Counted from the stretch's first letter, positions 9,437 through 19,807 are shown. The stretch is DNA of 64,000 nt from an uncultured Ignavibacteria bacterium (GCA_964617645.1 CAZTYE010000002.1:374648-438647); one strand, 5' to 3'. Notes: generated by a model from the sequence alone, not told the origin. Numbers and translations are program-made.

Positions 9437-10363
9437 TTACCGAGTTAGTTGTACATCTCTGCCTGTTTTCAAATCATAAGTGAACAAAAAGTACTTGTCT
9501 TTCGGAATTCCGCCGGATACGACGCGTCTTGGGCTTGAATGGATAACGTTCATGCCATCCCGCGAGAAGCACTCAACGAGTCTTTGCCCAATTCTAACCT
9601 CCTTTCCTGAACTAAGGCTGAGTACGATGGTTTGGAACTGTCCGACGACGACTCGGAAGCAGACACTATCGCCACCTGCCGAGACAGCGGGAAAAGCACA
9701 TCCGGAACGAAGCTCGGTTAACTCCTGAGTTAAGGCGTCAACGAAATACAGCGACCCCGACAACTCGAACACCAATCTTGGCTCATTGGGCATCCATCGC
9801 GGCCGAGTCCAATTGTATGCCGCGTACGGCGTGCTACCACCGATTCGGACAAGTGTAACGGATGAGATATCGATGAGAAATATGCGTGAAGGGAGCGTAA
9901 GTTGACTTCTCGTTGATACTGCGATAGTCTTACCGTCTGTCGAGAAACTAGTGTATTGCAATTCACCGATGCTTGTAAGCCGAGTATCAGCCCCAGTCGC
10001 AACAGATCGAATGTAGAGATCTCCGTCGACTTGCGAGATGTACGCAATCGTATCACCCGAAGGACTCCAGGAGGGGTAGCTGCCGCCATAGATGACGAGA
10101 CTGTCGTTCGTTCCATCAGCGTTGATGACGTAGATCCCCGGCAATTTGCTATGACTGTCGACGGGATCATAGAAGGTTACAGGAGTATGTTCATATGCGA
10201 TTACATCGCGGACGGGATTCCAAGCTGCTCGCCAGTCACGGATCGGGACCGGCACGACCGGCACCGGGTTGGTGTCACCGCCCCCGAGGAAATTATCCCC
10301 GCATCCGAGCGCGACGACAACCGCCACGCCCAAGCACACACCACAATACCGGAACTTTCCCAT
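9437..10363 (-). CDS. TolB-like (PD40 beta-propeller) lipoprotein
   Basis: Lipobox-like ALGC; PSWSPSGDTIAY, FSTDGKTIAV and PRWMPN repeats; start placed at the ATG (MGKF) after a GAGG RBS. Confidence 0.75.
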   Translation of the reverse strand: MGKFRYCGVCLGVAVVVALGCGDNFLGGGDTNPVPVVPVPIRDWRAAWNPVRDVIAYEHTPVTFYDPVDSHSKLPGIYVINADGTNDSLVIYGGSYPSWSPSGDTIAYISQVDGDLYIRSVATGADTRLTSIGELQYTSFSTDGKTIAVSTRSQLTLPSRIFLIDISSVTLVRIGGSTPYAAYNWTRPRWMPNEPRLVFELSGSLYFVDALTQELTELRSGCAFPAVSAGGDSVCFRVVVGQFQTIVLSLSSGKEVRIGQRLVECFSRDGMNVIHSSPRRVVSGGIPKDKYFLFTYDLKTGRDVQLTR

Positions 10364-10534
10364 TTCCGCCTCTTCCGTTGTGGAACCAGAGTACAATTCG
10401 ACAGCAATAGAATTGACGCGGCGATTGTCAGATTGTCAAACGGTTTTTTGACTTTTTAATCTTCTTTAATATCGGATACGTCTATCCAACTCGGCGAACA
10501 GACGTATCCTATTGATTTGCAACAGCGTGAAGAC

Positions 10535-11461
10535 CTAATACCCCAGCACCTTGAGATGCTCTTTGTAGGTCGCGGCCGATTTCTGCAACGCCGCCAATTC
10601 CGGCGCGTCGAGTTTGAGTTCGATGATCTTCTCGACACCGCCGTTACCAAGCACCACCGGCACGCCGATGTAAATGTCGTTGATGCCGTATTGTCCGGTC
10701 AGCAACGCCGAACACGGGAACACTTTTTTCGTATCGGAGAGAACGGCCTTGACCATCTCGACCGAAGCCGCCGCCGGTGCATAGTACGCCGATCCGGTCT
10801 TGAGCAGCGCGACGATCTCGGCGCCGCCGTCGATGGTGCGCTTGGCGAGTGCGTCGATCCGCTCTTTGGGCATCAACTCGGTAATCGGCACGCCGCCGAC
10901 GGTCGTGTAGCGCGGCAGCGGCACCATCGTGTCGCCGTGACCGCCGAGCACCATCGCCTCCGTGCCGGTTTGCGCGATACCAAGCTCCCAACCGACGAAT
11001 GTGCGAAAGCGCACCGAGTCGAGTATTCCCGCCTGCCCGAAAATGCGGTTGGCCGGAAAGCCGGTGACTTTGTAGGCATGATAGGTCATTAGATCGAGCG
11101 GATTGGCAACCATGATAATCATCGCCTGATCGGCATATTGTTTGACACTCTTGGCAACCGAGCCGATGATCTCGGCGTTCTTGATCAACAGATCTTCGCG
11201 CGACATTCCCGGTTTGCGCGCCAGACCCGCAGTGTGAACTACGATGTCAGAGCCTTTGAGCATCGAGAAATCGTTGGTGCCGCTGATCTGGACGTCGTAG
11301 CCGCGCACCGGGCCGGCTTGCATCAAATCCAGCGCTTTGCCCTGAGGTAGGCCTTCGACAACATCGAATAGCGTGATGTCGCAAACGTTATCTTCGGCCA
11401 AGTACTGCGCGACCGCCGCGCCGACATTTCCCGCTCCGATGACTGAAACCTTCTTACGCAT
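10535..11461 (-). CDS. mdh: Malate dehydrogenase (LDH-like type)
   Basis: IGAGNVG, TAGLARKPGMSREDLL, NPLD, LDSVRF and GGHGD motifs; start after GGAGGA. Confidence 0.95.
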   Translation of the reverse strand: MRKKVSVIGAGNVGAAVAQYLAEDNVCDITLFDVVEGLPQGKALDLMQAGPVRGYDVQISGTNDFSMLKGSDIVVHTAGLARKPGMSREDLLIKNAEIIGSVAKSVKQYADQAMIIMVANPLDLMTYHAYKVTGFPANRIFGQAGILDSVRFRTFVGWELGIAQTGTEAMVLGGHGDTMVPLPRYTTVGGVPITELMPKERIDALAKRTIDGGAEIVALLKTGSAYYAPAAASVEMVKAVLSDTKKVFPCSALLTGQYGINDIYIGVPVVLGNGGVEKIIELKLDAPELAALQKSAATYKEHLKVLGY

Positions 11462-11478
11462 AGTGTCCTCCCACTTCA

Positions 11479-12726
11479 TCACACCCGGGCTTGCGGCCGA
11501 CCGGCGAACGAAAGCGTCTGCGCGGCGGCATCAAGCACGACTGCGATTTTGGCGTTTTGTCCATATTGATCAATCAAATCGTCCAATGTATTTTGCGCAT
11601 CCGCCGTCGGCCGAATCGGCAGATCCAGCAGGACGCGCGAATCAAGCTTTGAGCATAGCACAAGGCGTAGGCGCTTGGCAAGAGCGATTGTGCGATGGAC
11701 TTTGTGGATGCCCATCATCCCTCTTTCGCCCGTTGCTGATGCTGGAATTTTGCCGGTTGCGATCTGAGCGGCGATCTTCAGGAATCGATCATCCCCGATT
11801 CCCTCCGCACAAGCCGAGATCAGCAGGATCGTCCCCCCCTCGCGAACCGCCGCGGCGACGTTCTCGTATGACTTCTGCAACTGGTACAGGTTGCGATCCA
11901 ATGGCGGGTAGACGACGCTGATTACGACATCGAACGGCTCGCGGACTTCATGCCCGAAGTTCGTCGCGACGTACTCGCAACACCGGTCGTAAGTCTGATC
12001 CCAGTCGCCGCTGGCCGCAAAGTATACCCGCTGCTTGTGATCACAGACGACCTGAATCGCGAGGCGATCTTTGCCATTGAGAGACTGCGTTCGCGCGAAG
12101 ATGTCTTCCCAAACCGGATTGCCGCTTCGTTTCAGCGGTTGGCTCTCAGCGCTGACGGCGCAAGCATGATTGCGCTCGACATCACGGAATGAAGCGCAGC
12201 CCGGCAGGATGATTTTGCGGCCACCGGTAAACCCGGCAAAGTAGTGCGGCTCGACCGAGCCGATGATCAGAATCGCTTCCGCCCAAGCGAGCCAGTCGTT
12301 GAGCCGCACGGCGTCTTCGCCCGATCCGAAGTCCGCCAGCTCGATTTCGTTGAATGCATCATGGACGCGAATCCGCTTGCCGATGCGATCCGCCCAGGCC
12401 CCGAAGATCTTCTGCGGATTCGAGACCTGTGCGCCTTGGTGCAATCCTGTCGCGACGAGGAATCGCAAATGCGACATGTCCATGCCCGGCAAAATGCGGT
12501 CGAGAATCGCCGCCGTCGGCGTCGGGCGGAAGGCATCATTGACGACGATTAACGTCCGGCCTGACGAGCGAAGAAAGTCGTGAATAGCATGCGGGAGAGT
12601 TCCCTGCTTGAGCCAATGCGAATCATCGATCGGCCGCAGGCGTTTGGCTGGTAGATCGAAGACCACCGCCGCATCAGGAATCGACAGGGGAATTGATGTG
12701 TCATCGTAGTGGACTTGGATGATCAT
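11479..12726 (-). CDS. larA: LarA-family nickel-pincer alpha-hydroxyacid racemase/epimerase
   Basis: ATGLH, EPHYFAGFTGGRK, RNH and NLYQLQKS motifs match the LarA catalytic and cofactor-binding residues; substrate not established. Confidence 0.8.
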   Translation of the reverse strand: MIIQVHYDDTSIPLSIPDAAVVFDLPAKRLRPIDDSHWLKQGTLPHAIHDFLRSSGRTLIVVNDAFRPTPTAAILDRILPGMDMSHLRFLVATGLHQGAQVSNPQKIFGAWADRIGKRIRVHDAFNEIELADFGSGEDAVRLNDWLAWAEAILIIGSVEPHYFAGFTGGRKIILPGCASFRDVERNHACAVSAESQPLKRSGNPVWEDIFARTQSLNGKDRLAIQVVCDHKQRVYFAASGDWDQTYDRCCEYVATNFGHEVREPFDVVISVVYPPLDRNLYQLQKSYENVAAAVREGGTILLISACAEGIGDDRFLKIAAQIATGKIPASATGERGMMGIHKVHRTIALAKRLRLVLCSKLDSRVLLDLPIRPTADAQNTLDDLIDQYGQNAKIAVVLDAAAQTLSFAGRPQARV

Positions 12727-12794
12727 ATCGCGAGAACCCGTTCACAGTCGTCAGTCCGGATCGCGCAATGTTCCAACTGGACGACAACGTCTCC

Positions 12795-12853
12795 ATTCCC
12801 CTCTTGAAAGGGGTGCTGTCCCGCGGCTTGTTGCGGGACGGCGGGCTGTGTCA
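12795..12853. repeat. Dispersed ~59 bp double-hairpin palindromic repeat (copy 1; copy 2 at 55932..55991)
   Basis: ATTCCCCTCTTGAAAGGGGTGCTGTCCCGC-ggcttgtt-GCGGGACGGCGGGCTGTGTCA. Confidence 0.85.
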
Positions 12854-12912
12854 TTCAGCCTTCTCGCCCCGCCGCGGCCAAACAGTGCCCGCGTTCTGTA
12901 AGAATGCGTGAC

Positions 12913-13323
12913 CTACTTGACGTCGCCGAAATGAAAACGAATCTCGATCGCGCCGTTCTCGACCGAGTCCGAACCGTGCACCGAATTCTTGCCGAGATCG
13001 ATCGCAAAATTCTGCCGGATCGTACCGACTGCCGCCTTCTTGGGGTCGGTGGCGCCGATCAATTCGCGAAAGGCGTTGACCGCATTCTCGCGCTCCAAAG
13101 CGGCGACCACAATCGGCGACGACGACATAAACGCCACCAACTCATCGAGAAACGGTTTGCCTTCATGCACTCTGTAGAACTCGCGCGCTTGCGCCGTAGT
13201 CAAGTGAACCATTTTCAGCGCCACGATCTTGAAACCCGACGCTTCCACGCGTCCGAGAATCGTTCCGGTGAGATTGCGTTCCACCGCATCCGGCTTAATC
13301 ATCATTAATGTGCGTTCTTTCAC
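12913..13323 (-). CDS. ndk: Nucleoside diphosphate kinase
   Basis: ERTLMMIKPDAV, GATDP, GTIR and NSVHGSDS motifs. Confidence 0.97.
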   Translation of the reverse strand: MKERTLMMIKPDAVERNLTGTILGRVEASGFKIVALKMVHLTTAQAREFYRVHEGKPFLDELVAFMSSSPIVVAALERENAVNAFRELIGATDPKKAAVGTIRQNFAIDLGKNSVHGSDSVENGAIEIRFHFGDVK

Positions 13324-13928
13324 TATTTCAATCCTTGTCTGGCTTCTTTGCCGACCCTGAGACCAAGCTCAAGCGCCGCCATGTTCTTCTCTTCGGTGCC
13401 GCGTGGCGAGCGCTTCTGCACGATCTTGGTCAGCGCGCCGACCGTGATCACGTCCGTCACCGCGCAAATCGCGCCGAGGGAGATGACGTTGGCAACCATT
13501 GGCAGACCGATTTCATGGCGCGCCAGTTGGCTAAACGGGATTCCCACGGTGCGGGCGAACGGCGTCTGTGTGACCAGATGGGAATCGACAATCATGATGC
13601 CGTGATCTTTGAGCGCATGATGATACAGATCGCACGACTCTTGCGTCATCGCCAAGAGCAGGTCGAGCGCCATCGGCTTGGGATAGTAGATCTCGTTTGG
13701 TGATATCACCAAATCAGTGCGCGAGGCGCCGCCCCGCGCTTCGGGGCCGTAACTCTGCGTTTGCACGACATTCTTGCCGTCGATTGTCGCGGCGGCTTCG
13801 GCGAGAATCACTCCCGCCAGCACCAGCCCCTGACCGCCCGAACCCGAGAGGCGAATTTCATAGCGATCGAACGATTGCGCCGGTTCATGCTGCTCGGCAT
13901 GACCTTTGCCCTTGGTTTTGGTCGTCAT
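13323..13928 (-). CDS. korC: 2-oxoacid:ferredoxin oxidoreductase gamma subunit
   Basis: GSGGQGLVLAG and QSYGPEARGGAS motifs. Confidence 0.92.
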   Translation of the reverse strand: MTTKTKGKGHAEQHEPAQSFDRYEIRLSGSGGQGLVLAGVILAEAAATIDGKNVVQTQSYGPEARGGASRTDLVISPNEIYYPKPMALDLLLAMTQESCDLYHHALKDHGIMIVDSHLVTQTPFARTVGIPFSQLARHEIGLPMVANVISLGAICAVTDVITVGALTKIVQKRSPRGTEEKNMAALELGLRVGKEARQGLK

Positions 13929-14758
13929 GATTTCTTCCCTCCTACGCTCTCAATCAACTGGTCGTAACGGTCGCAGTACTCTTCCTTTTCCAGGTCGCAG
14001 AAAACTCCGGTGAGCATCTTGCCTTCGAGTTTTTCCGGCGGCATCTTGGCGGCGGCTTTAAGTGGAATTGCCAGTTTCTTCATGTCCTCGATCATCTTGA
14101 CGGCATCGCCGGCTCGATTGAGACGACCGAAATAAGTATGGCAATTCGAAAACGCCTCCACGACCGAAAACCCGCGTTTGGCAATCGCCTGCTCGATCAA
14201 GTCATCAAGCTGCGCAACGTGGTAGACCGTTCCGCGAGCGACATACGACGCGCCGGCGGCCATGGCTAATTTTGGAATATCAAACTGGTTCTCTTTGTTC
14301 CCGTACGGCGAAGTCGTCGCATAGGCATCGGAGGGCGTCGTCGGCGAAAACTGTCCGCCGGTCATGCCATAGATCATGTTATTGATCAGAATTGTCGTGA
14401 TGTCGATATTGCGCCGTGCGGCATGAATAAAGTGATTGCCGCCAATCGCCAGCGCGTCGCCGTCGCCGGTGATCACAATCACTTTAAGTCTGGGCTTGGC
14501 GAGCTTGACACCGGTCGCAAACGCCAACGCCCGGCCGTGCGTCGTGTGCAGCGTGTTGAAATCGAGGTACACCGGCAAGCGCGACGAGCAACCGATGCCG
14601 GAAACCAAGCACACGTCGTCCCGCTGAAGCTGAAGTTTGTCGATGGCGCGCACGAGGCAGCCCATGACAATACCGATGCCGCAGCCGGGGCACCAAACAT
14701 TGGGAAACGCCTTCTTGGGGCGCAGGTACTGGTGAACTACGTCAGATTTTTGCAGCAT
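13925..14758 (-). CDS. korB: 2-oxoacid:ferredoxin oxidoreductase beta subunit
   Basis: WCPGCG, SGIGCS, HTTHGRA and the TPP motif GDGD...NNMIYGMTGGQ; start placed just after the korA stop. Confidence 0.93.
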   Translation of the reverse strand: MLQKSDVVHQYLRPKKAFPNVWCPGCGIGIVMGCLVRAIDKLQLQRDDVCLVSGIGCSSRLPVYLDFNTLHTTHGRALAFATGVKLAKPRLKVIVITGDGDALAIGGNHFIHAARRNIDITTILINNMIYGMTGGQFSPTTPSDAYATTSPYGNKENQFDIPKLAMAAGASYVARGTVYHVAQLDDLIEQAIAKRGFSVVEAFSNCHTYFGRLNRAGDAVKMIEDMKKLAIPLKAAAKMPPEKLEGKMLTGVFCDLEKEEYCDRYDQLIESVGGKKS

Positions 14759-14759
14759 G

Positions 14760-15896
14760 TTATCTGGCCTCCTTGATCTTATCAAGGATCTGTTCGGGCG
14801 TGATTAGCTCCGAATCGTAGCGCGTCAGGCTCACGACTTTGACATGTTTCGGCGCGACGCGTTCGATCTCATTAACGTATTGCCCCTGGTTCAATTCGGC
14901 GACAATGATCGCCTCCAGCGACTTCGAGCCGAAGATCCGATGGTACTGCTTGTCGTGCGTCGGCCAGATTGTGATCGGCCGCACTTGCCCGACTTTCATC
15001 CGCCGATGCCGCGCCATCATCACAGCTTGCTTAGCGGCGCGAGCCACCGAACCGTAGGCGACGACGGCGACATGCGCGTCTTCCATGCCATCGGTTTCGA
15101 TTTCGCAAATATCGTCGAGGTAGCGCATGATCTTGCTCTGCAGCTTGTGCAGCTTGTCATGAATCTTTTTTGACTCGTTGGTCGGATAGCCTTCCTCATT
15201 GTGTGTCAGACCGGTGACATGATAGCGGTAGCCGTCGCCGAATGCCGCCATCGGTGATTTGAAGCTCGGCGTGATCTCGAACGGCTTGTACCAGTTCGCC
15301 GGCACGTCCGGTTTGGTTCGGTCGACAACCTTTAACGACCGGGACTCCGGCATCACCACCCGCTCGCGCATATGGCCAAGAACTTCGTCGAGCAAGAGAA
15401 TAGTCGGCGTGCGGTACTCTTCCGCTAAATTCATGCATCTTACGGTTAGCCTGATCGTCTCTTCGACCGACTGCGGTGCGAGCGCGATCGCGACATAATC
15501 GCCGTGCGTGCCCCAGCGCGCCTGCATTGTGTCGGCCTGTGACACCTTGGTCGGCAAACCCGTCGATGGCCCACCGCGCTGCACGTTGACAATCACGCAC
15601 GGGACTTCGGCCATGTAGGCGTAGCCGAGGTTTTCCTGCATCAACGAGAATCCCGGCCCCGAAGTTGCCGTCATCGATTTGGCTCCGGCACAGGAGGCGC
15701 CGATAATCGCCGCCATCGATGCAATCTCGTCTTCCATCTGGATGAACTTGCCACCCGTCTTGGGAAGCCGGCGCGCCAGTCCCTCGGCGACTTCCGTCGA
15801 CGGCGTAATCGGATAGCCGGCGAAAAAGCTCAGTCCGCCGATAAGCGCGCCTTCGACCACGGCTTCATTGCCTTGAATCAATCGTATATCAGCCAC
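14760..15896 (-). CDS. korA: 2-oxoacid:ferredoxin oxidoreductase alpha subunit
   Basis: AGYPITPSTE, QMEDEIAS, TSGPGFSLMQE and QRGGPSTGLPT motifs. Confidence 0.94.
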   Translation of the reverse strand: MADIRLIQGNEAVVEGALIGGLSFFAGYPITPSTEVAEGLARRLPKTGGKFIQMEDEIASMAAIIGASCAGAKSMTATSGPGFSLMQENLGYAYMAEVPCVIVNVQRGGPSTGLPTKVSQADTMQARWGTHGDYVAIALAPQSVEETIRLTVRCMNLAEEYRTPTILLLDEVLGHMRERVVMPESRSLKVVDRTKPDVPANWYKPFEITPSFKSPMAAFGDGYRYHVTGLTHNEEGYPTNESKKIHDKLHKLQSKIMRYLDDICEIETDGMEDAHVAVVAYGSVARAAKQAVMMARHRRMKVGQVRPITIWPTHDKQYHRIFGSKSLEAIIVAELNQGQYVNEIERVAPKHVKVVSLTRYDSELITPEQILDKIKEAR

Positions 15897-15907
15897 GTGT
15901 GTGTCTC

Positions 15908-16147
15908 CTACTTCTCATTCGATACGATCGCCAGATCGGGACAATGCAGCCAGCAAATCGCGCACTGCGTGCACTTGTCCGGATAGGTGATGATCGGTTT
16001 GCCGTCGCGGTCGGACGTGAATACCTGATGCGGACAAAAACTGATGCAAATGCCGCAAGCCTTGCACCAGTGCAGATAGATCGTAAGAGGATTTCGTCCG
16101 CTTGTCGGTGTGGTCGCAGTCGCTTGACCGCCGGTTGTGTCAGACAT
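15908..16147 (-). CDS. korD: 2[4Fe-4S] ferredoxin, delta subunit of the oxidoreductase
   Basis: CKACGICISFCP and CTQCAICWLHCP; GAGGAG RBS before the ATG at 16147. Confidence 0.88.
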   Translation of the reverse strand: MSDTTGGQATATTPTSGRNPLTIYLHWCKACGICISFCPHQVFTSDRDGKPIITYPDKCTQCAICWLHCPDLAIVSNEK

Positions 16148-16180
16148 ATCAGCCAACTCCTCGTCTTGCTGCCGCAGCAA

Positions 16181-17263
16181 TTAACGCTTCTTCGTTTTGG
16201 CCTTGTTGTTCTTCGCCTTGGCGGCTTTGGCCGGTTTCATTTTAGTCACGGACGCCTTCAGCTTTTTGACCGGCGCTTTCTTAACCGGTTTCTTGGACGG
16301 CTTCTTGGCGGCTGGTTCTGCAGCCACCTTCTTAGCCGCCGGTCTGGCTTTGGTCGTCTTGGCGGCCAGTTTAGTTCCCGATGACTTTGCCAACTTCGCG
16401 AGCTTCTGCTCGATCAAGACCGCGACCTCGGATGGCGTCTTCGCGACCGGTACACCGACAGCATTGAACGCCGCGATCTTCTCCATCGCCGTGCCTTTAC
16501 CACCGGAAATGATCGCTCCCGCGTGACCCATCCGCTTGTCGGCCGGAGCCGTCAGGCCGGCGATAAACGCGACCACCGGCTTGTTCATGCGCTTCTTAAT
16601 GAACTGCGCCGCTTCTTCTTCGTCGGTGCCGCCGATTTCGCCAACCAGAACGACCGCCTTGGTCTGCGGATCCGCCTGAAACGCCGTCAGGCAGTCGATG
16701 AAATTGGTGCCGATGATCGGATCGCCGCCGATGCCGATGCAGCTCGACTGGCCGATATCTTTTCGTGTGAGATTATAGACGATCTCGTATGTCAATGTCC
16801 CGGAGCGCGAGACGAGGCCGACATTACCTTGTTTGTGAATGTGCCCCGGCATGATTCCGACCTTGGTGACACCCGGCGTAATGATGCCCGGACAGTTCGG
16901 CCCGATCAAGCGGACGCCCTTGAGCTTGAGATAATTGTATACCTTGAGCATGTCGACTGCCGGAACGCCTTCACTGATGCAGACAATCAGGTCAACGCCG
17001 CCGTCGGCGGCCTCGTAAATCGCATCCACTGCGAACTGCGCTGGCACATAAATCACTGAGGTATTCGCGCCGGTCTTGGCGACGGCTTCGCGCACTGTGT
17101 TGAAAATCGGCGTGCCTTCGAATGCCGTGCCGCCCTTGCCCGGCGTGACACCGGCGACAACATTCGCGCCATACTCTTTCATCTGGCGCGCGTGGAATGA
17201 ACCGTCGCGCCCGGTGATGCCCTGCACGACGATCTTCGTTTTCTTATCTACAAAAATTCCCAT
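16181..17263 (-). CDS. sucD: Succinyl-CoA synthetase alpha subunit with a Lys/Ala-rich C-terminal extension
   Basis: [27 protein letters not shown] and RMGHAGA motifs. Confidence 0.96.
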   Translation of the reverse strand: MGIFVDKKTKIVVQGITGRDGSFHARQMKEYGANVVAGVTPGKGGTAFEGTPIFNTVREAVAKTGANTSVIYVPAQFAVDAIYEAADGGVDLIVCISEGVPAVDMLKVYNYLKLKGVRLIGPNCPGIITPGVTKVGIMPGHIHKQGNVGLVSRSGTLTYEIVYNLTRKDIGQSSCIGIGGDPIIGTNFIDCLTAFQADPQTKAVVLVGEIGGTDEEEAAQFIKKRMNKPVVAFIAGLTAPADKRMGHAGAIISGGKGTAMEKIAAFNAVGVPVAKTPSEVAVLIEQKLAKLAKSSGTKLAAKTTKARPAAKKVAAEPAAKKPSKKPVKKAPVKKLKASVTKMKPAKAAKAKNNKAKTKKR

Positions 17264-17283
17264 GACTTCTCATCCTTTCCCGG

Positions 17284-18420
17284 TTATGCGACCTGCGCGA
17301 GTTCGATCGCCTTCTGAACAACGCCGTCCATCGTATCGGACGAAGCCAGCTTCGAGTCGGCCAAAATCTGCCGCGCAGCCTCCTCGTTGGTGCCGGTCAG
17401 GCGTACGACAATCGGTACCGACGGATTGAACTCCGCGACCGCTTTGACGATACCGTGCGCGACATCATCGCAGCGAGTGATACCGCCGAAGATGTTGAAC
17501 AAAATCGCCTTCACGTTCGGATCGCGCAGAATGATGCGCATCGCCGTCACGACCTTATCGGGATTCGACGATCCGCCGATATCAAGGAAATTCGCCGGTT
17601 CGCCGCCGTAGTGTTTGACCAAGTCCATCGTCGCCATTGCCAGACCGGCGCCGTTGACCACGCAACCGATATTGCCGTTGAGACCCACGAATGAGAGGCC
17701 TTTTTCACGTGCTTCGTTCTCCGCTTCCTCGGACGGCGCGACATCGCGCAGTCCTTCGAAATCCTTGTGCCGATAGAGCGCGTTGTCGTCGAGATTGATC
17801 TTGGCGTCCAGCGCCACAACTTCGCCGCTCGGTGTCGTCACTAACGGATTGATCTCCGCCAACGAACAGTCGCTTGCCATGAAACATTCATAGAGCTTTT
17901 GGATGATCCGCGCGGCTTGATTGGCGGTGTGAATATCGCCGTAGATCTTGAATGCCAATTCGCGCGCCTGAAAGAACTGAATCCCCAGCAACGGATCGAT
18001 GTGCAGCTTGTGAATCTTCTCCGGCGTTTTGGCGGCGACGTCTTCAATGTCAATGCCGCCTTCGGCTGATACCATGATCACCGGCTTCTTGGCGGCGCGG
18101 TCAATTATGATACCGACATAGGCCTCATGGGCGATATCACTGGCCTCGGTGACCAGCACCTTGCGGACAGTCAGCCCTTTGATGTTCATGCCGAGGATCT
18201 GTTGCGCGTGCGTGAAAGCTTCTTCGACATTGGCGGCGTACTTGATCCCGCCCGCCTTGCCGCGACCGCCGACATGCACTTGCGATTTGATCATGACCGG
18301 ACGGCCGTAATCGGCGGCGATTTCGCGCGCCTCCTCCGGCGTTGTGGCGACGCGCCCTTTCGGCACCGGAATGCCGAAGCGGGCGAATATCTCCTTGGCC
18401 TGATACTCATGTATTTTCAT
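17284..18420 (-). CDS. sucC: Succinyl-CoA synthetase beta subunit
   Basis: MKIHEYQAK, GGRGKAGG, NGAGLAMATMD and NIFGGITRCD motifs. Confidence 0.97.
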   Translation of the reverse strand: MKIHEYQAKEIFARFGIPVPKGRVATTPEEAREIAADYGRPVMIKSQVHVGGRGKAGGIKYAANVEEAFTHAQQILGMNIKGLTVRKVLVTEASDIAHEAYVGIIIDRAAKKPVIMVSAEGGIDIEDVAAKTPEKIHKLHIDPLLGIQFFQARELAFKIYGDIHTANQAARIIQKLYECFMASDCSLAEINPLVTTPSGEVVALDAKINLDDNALYRHKDFEGLRDVAPSEEAENEAREKGLSFVGLNGNIGCVVNGAGLAMATMDLVKHYGGEPANFLDIGGSSNPDKVVTAMRIILRDPNVKAILFNIFGGITRCDDVAHGIVKAVAEFNPSVPIVVRLTGTNEEAARQILADSKLASSDTMDGVVQKAIELAQVA

Positions 18421-19806
18421 TTACGACTCCTCCGACGGCGCCGCCGCCGAGTTCTGTAGGAAGTTTTTAGCCTCATGTATCAATGTCTCGAATTCGTTTT
18501 TCTCGGGATAATCGAGAACGACTTCAAGCAGATGGTCCAATGTTTGTCCGACCCGTTTGCCGGGTTCCAGAGCAAAAATGCGCATGAGATCGTTGCCGTT
18601 AACGGCCAGATCCTTCAGCCCAAACGGCGGTCGTTTGTCGATCTCTTCGCGGATGCGCCGTTCAAAGAAGTCGACGTCGTCGTTGGTCTGCCCCATGCCC
18701 TGACCGATCGTGTCGGCCCGGCGCAACTCAAGCAGCTCAAAAATCATCTCCGTGCCCGTGCGCCGCACCAATCGCCGCAAGCCCTTGTCGGTGACTTCGG
18801 TGTTGAACATGTGCCGGTCGACAAGCAGACAAACATCGTCGACAAAGTCATTAGGGTAGCGCAGTCGTTCAAGCAGGCCGCGAGTGATCCTTGTTCCGAG
18901 CGCGTCGTGCCCATAAAACGACGCGCCGCCTTCATCTTTGATACGTTTCGTGGCGGGTTTGCCAAGGTCGTGGCAAAGCGCCGCCATTCGCAGCAACAAT
19001 CGCGGCGGCGCCGCATCGATGACTTCGAGGGTATGCTCGAACACCGGCCAGCGATGATACGGCCCCGGTTGCTCGACCCCGACTGTGGCTTCGAGTTCCG
19101 GTAGCACATGCTGCAGCAGCCCGGATTCTTGCATCAGCTTGAACCCGATTGAGGGTTTTGCGGCCTTCACCAACAGCTTGTTCAGTTCTTCGGCAATGCG
19201 TTCCGGCGAGACGGTTTTGATCAACCCGGCTTCGCGGCGCAACGCGGCAAGCGTCTCCGGTTCGATGGCAAATTCAAAGCGCGCCGCAAACTGAATCGCC
19301 CGCAGCATCCGCAGCGGATCTTCGCGGAACGACTCCGGCGTAGTGATTCGGATCAGTCGGCTCTCGATGTCGGCGCGACCGTTGAGCGGATCAACATAAA
19401 CACCGGAAACGACTTCACGGGCAATCGCATTGATCGTGAAATCGCGGCGATACAAGTCTTGCTCGACTGGAAGTTCATGATCGAACGCGACCTCAAAGTC
19501 ACGATGACCGGCACCTGTCGAAGTTTCTTTCCGGGGAAGCGCAAAATCAAACTGCGTCTCTGCTGGATCGGCGCCGCGCGGCGTGAACTTGATCACCCCA
19601 AAAACGCGCCCCACCAGGTCAACGCGGCCAAACCCGCGGAGTATCTCCATCAAACCCCGAAACGGCAACCCGGTGACCAGATAGTCGGCATCCTTTGGTT
19701 CCGGTTGCCCGGTCAGAAGCCGGTCGCGCACAGTGCCGCCAACTTCGTACAGTTTGCCGTGAGCGGTAATCGCGTCGATCACCGCCTGCCCTAACTGAAT
19801 TGCCAT
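18421..19806 (-). CDS. cca: CCA-adding tRNA nucleotidyltransferase / poly(A) polymerase family protein with HD domain
   Basis: VGGTVRD, D.D, DLYRRDFTINA, EDPLRMLRA, ERIAEEL.K and HDLGK motifs; start set at the ATG directly after the arcC stop. Activity class (CCA vs poly(A)) not resolved. Confidence 0.85.
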   Translation of the reverse strand: MAIQLGQAVIDAITAHGKLYEVGGTVRDRLLTGQPEPKDADYLVTGLPFRGLMEILRGFGRVDLVGRVFGVIKFTPRGADPAETQFDFALPRKETSTGAGHRDFEVAFDHELPVEQDLYRRDFTINAIAREVVSGVYVDPLNGRADIESRLIRITTPESFREDPLRMLRAIQFAARFEFAIEPETLAALRREAGLIKTVSPERIAEELNKLLVKAAKPSIGFKLMQESGLLQHVLPELEATVGVEQPGPYHRWPVFEHTLEVIDAAPPRLLLRMAALCHDLGKPATKRIKDEGGASFYGHDALGTRITRGLLERLRYPNDFVDDVCLLVDRHMFNTEVTDKGLRRLVRRTGTEMIFELLELRRADTIGQGMGQTNDDVDFFERRIREEIDKRPPFGLKDLAVNGNDLMRIFALEPGKRVGQTLDHLLEVVLDYPEKNEFETLIHEAKNFLQNSAAAPSEES

Positions 19807-19807
19807 T

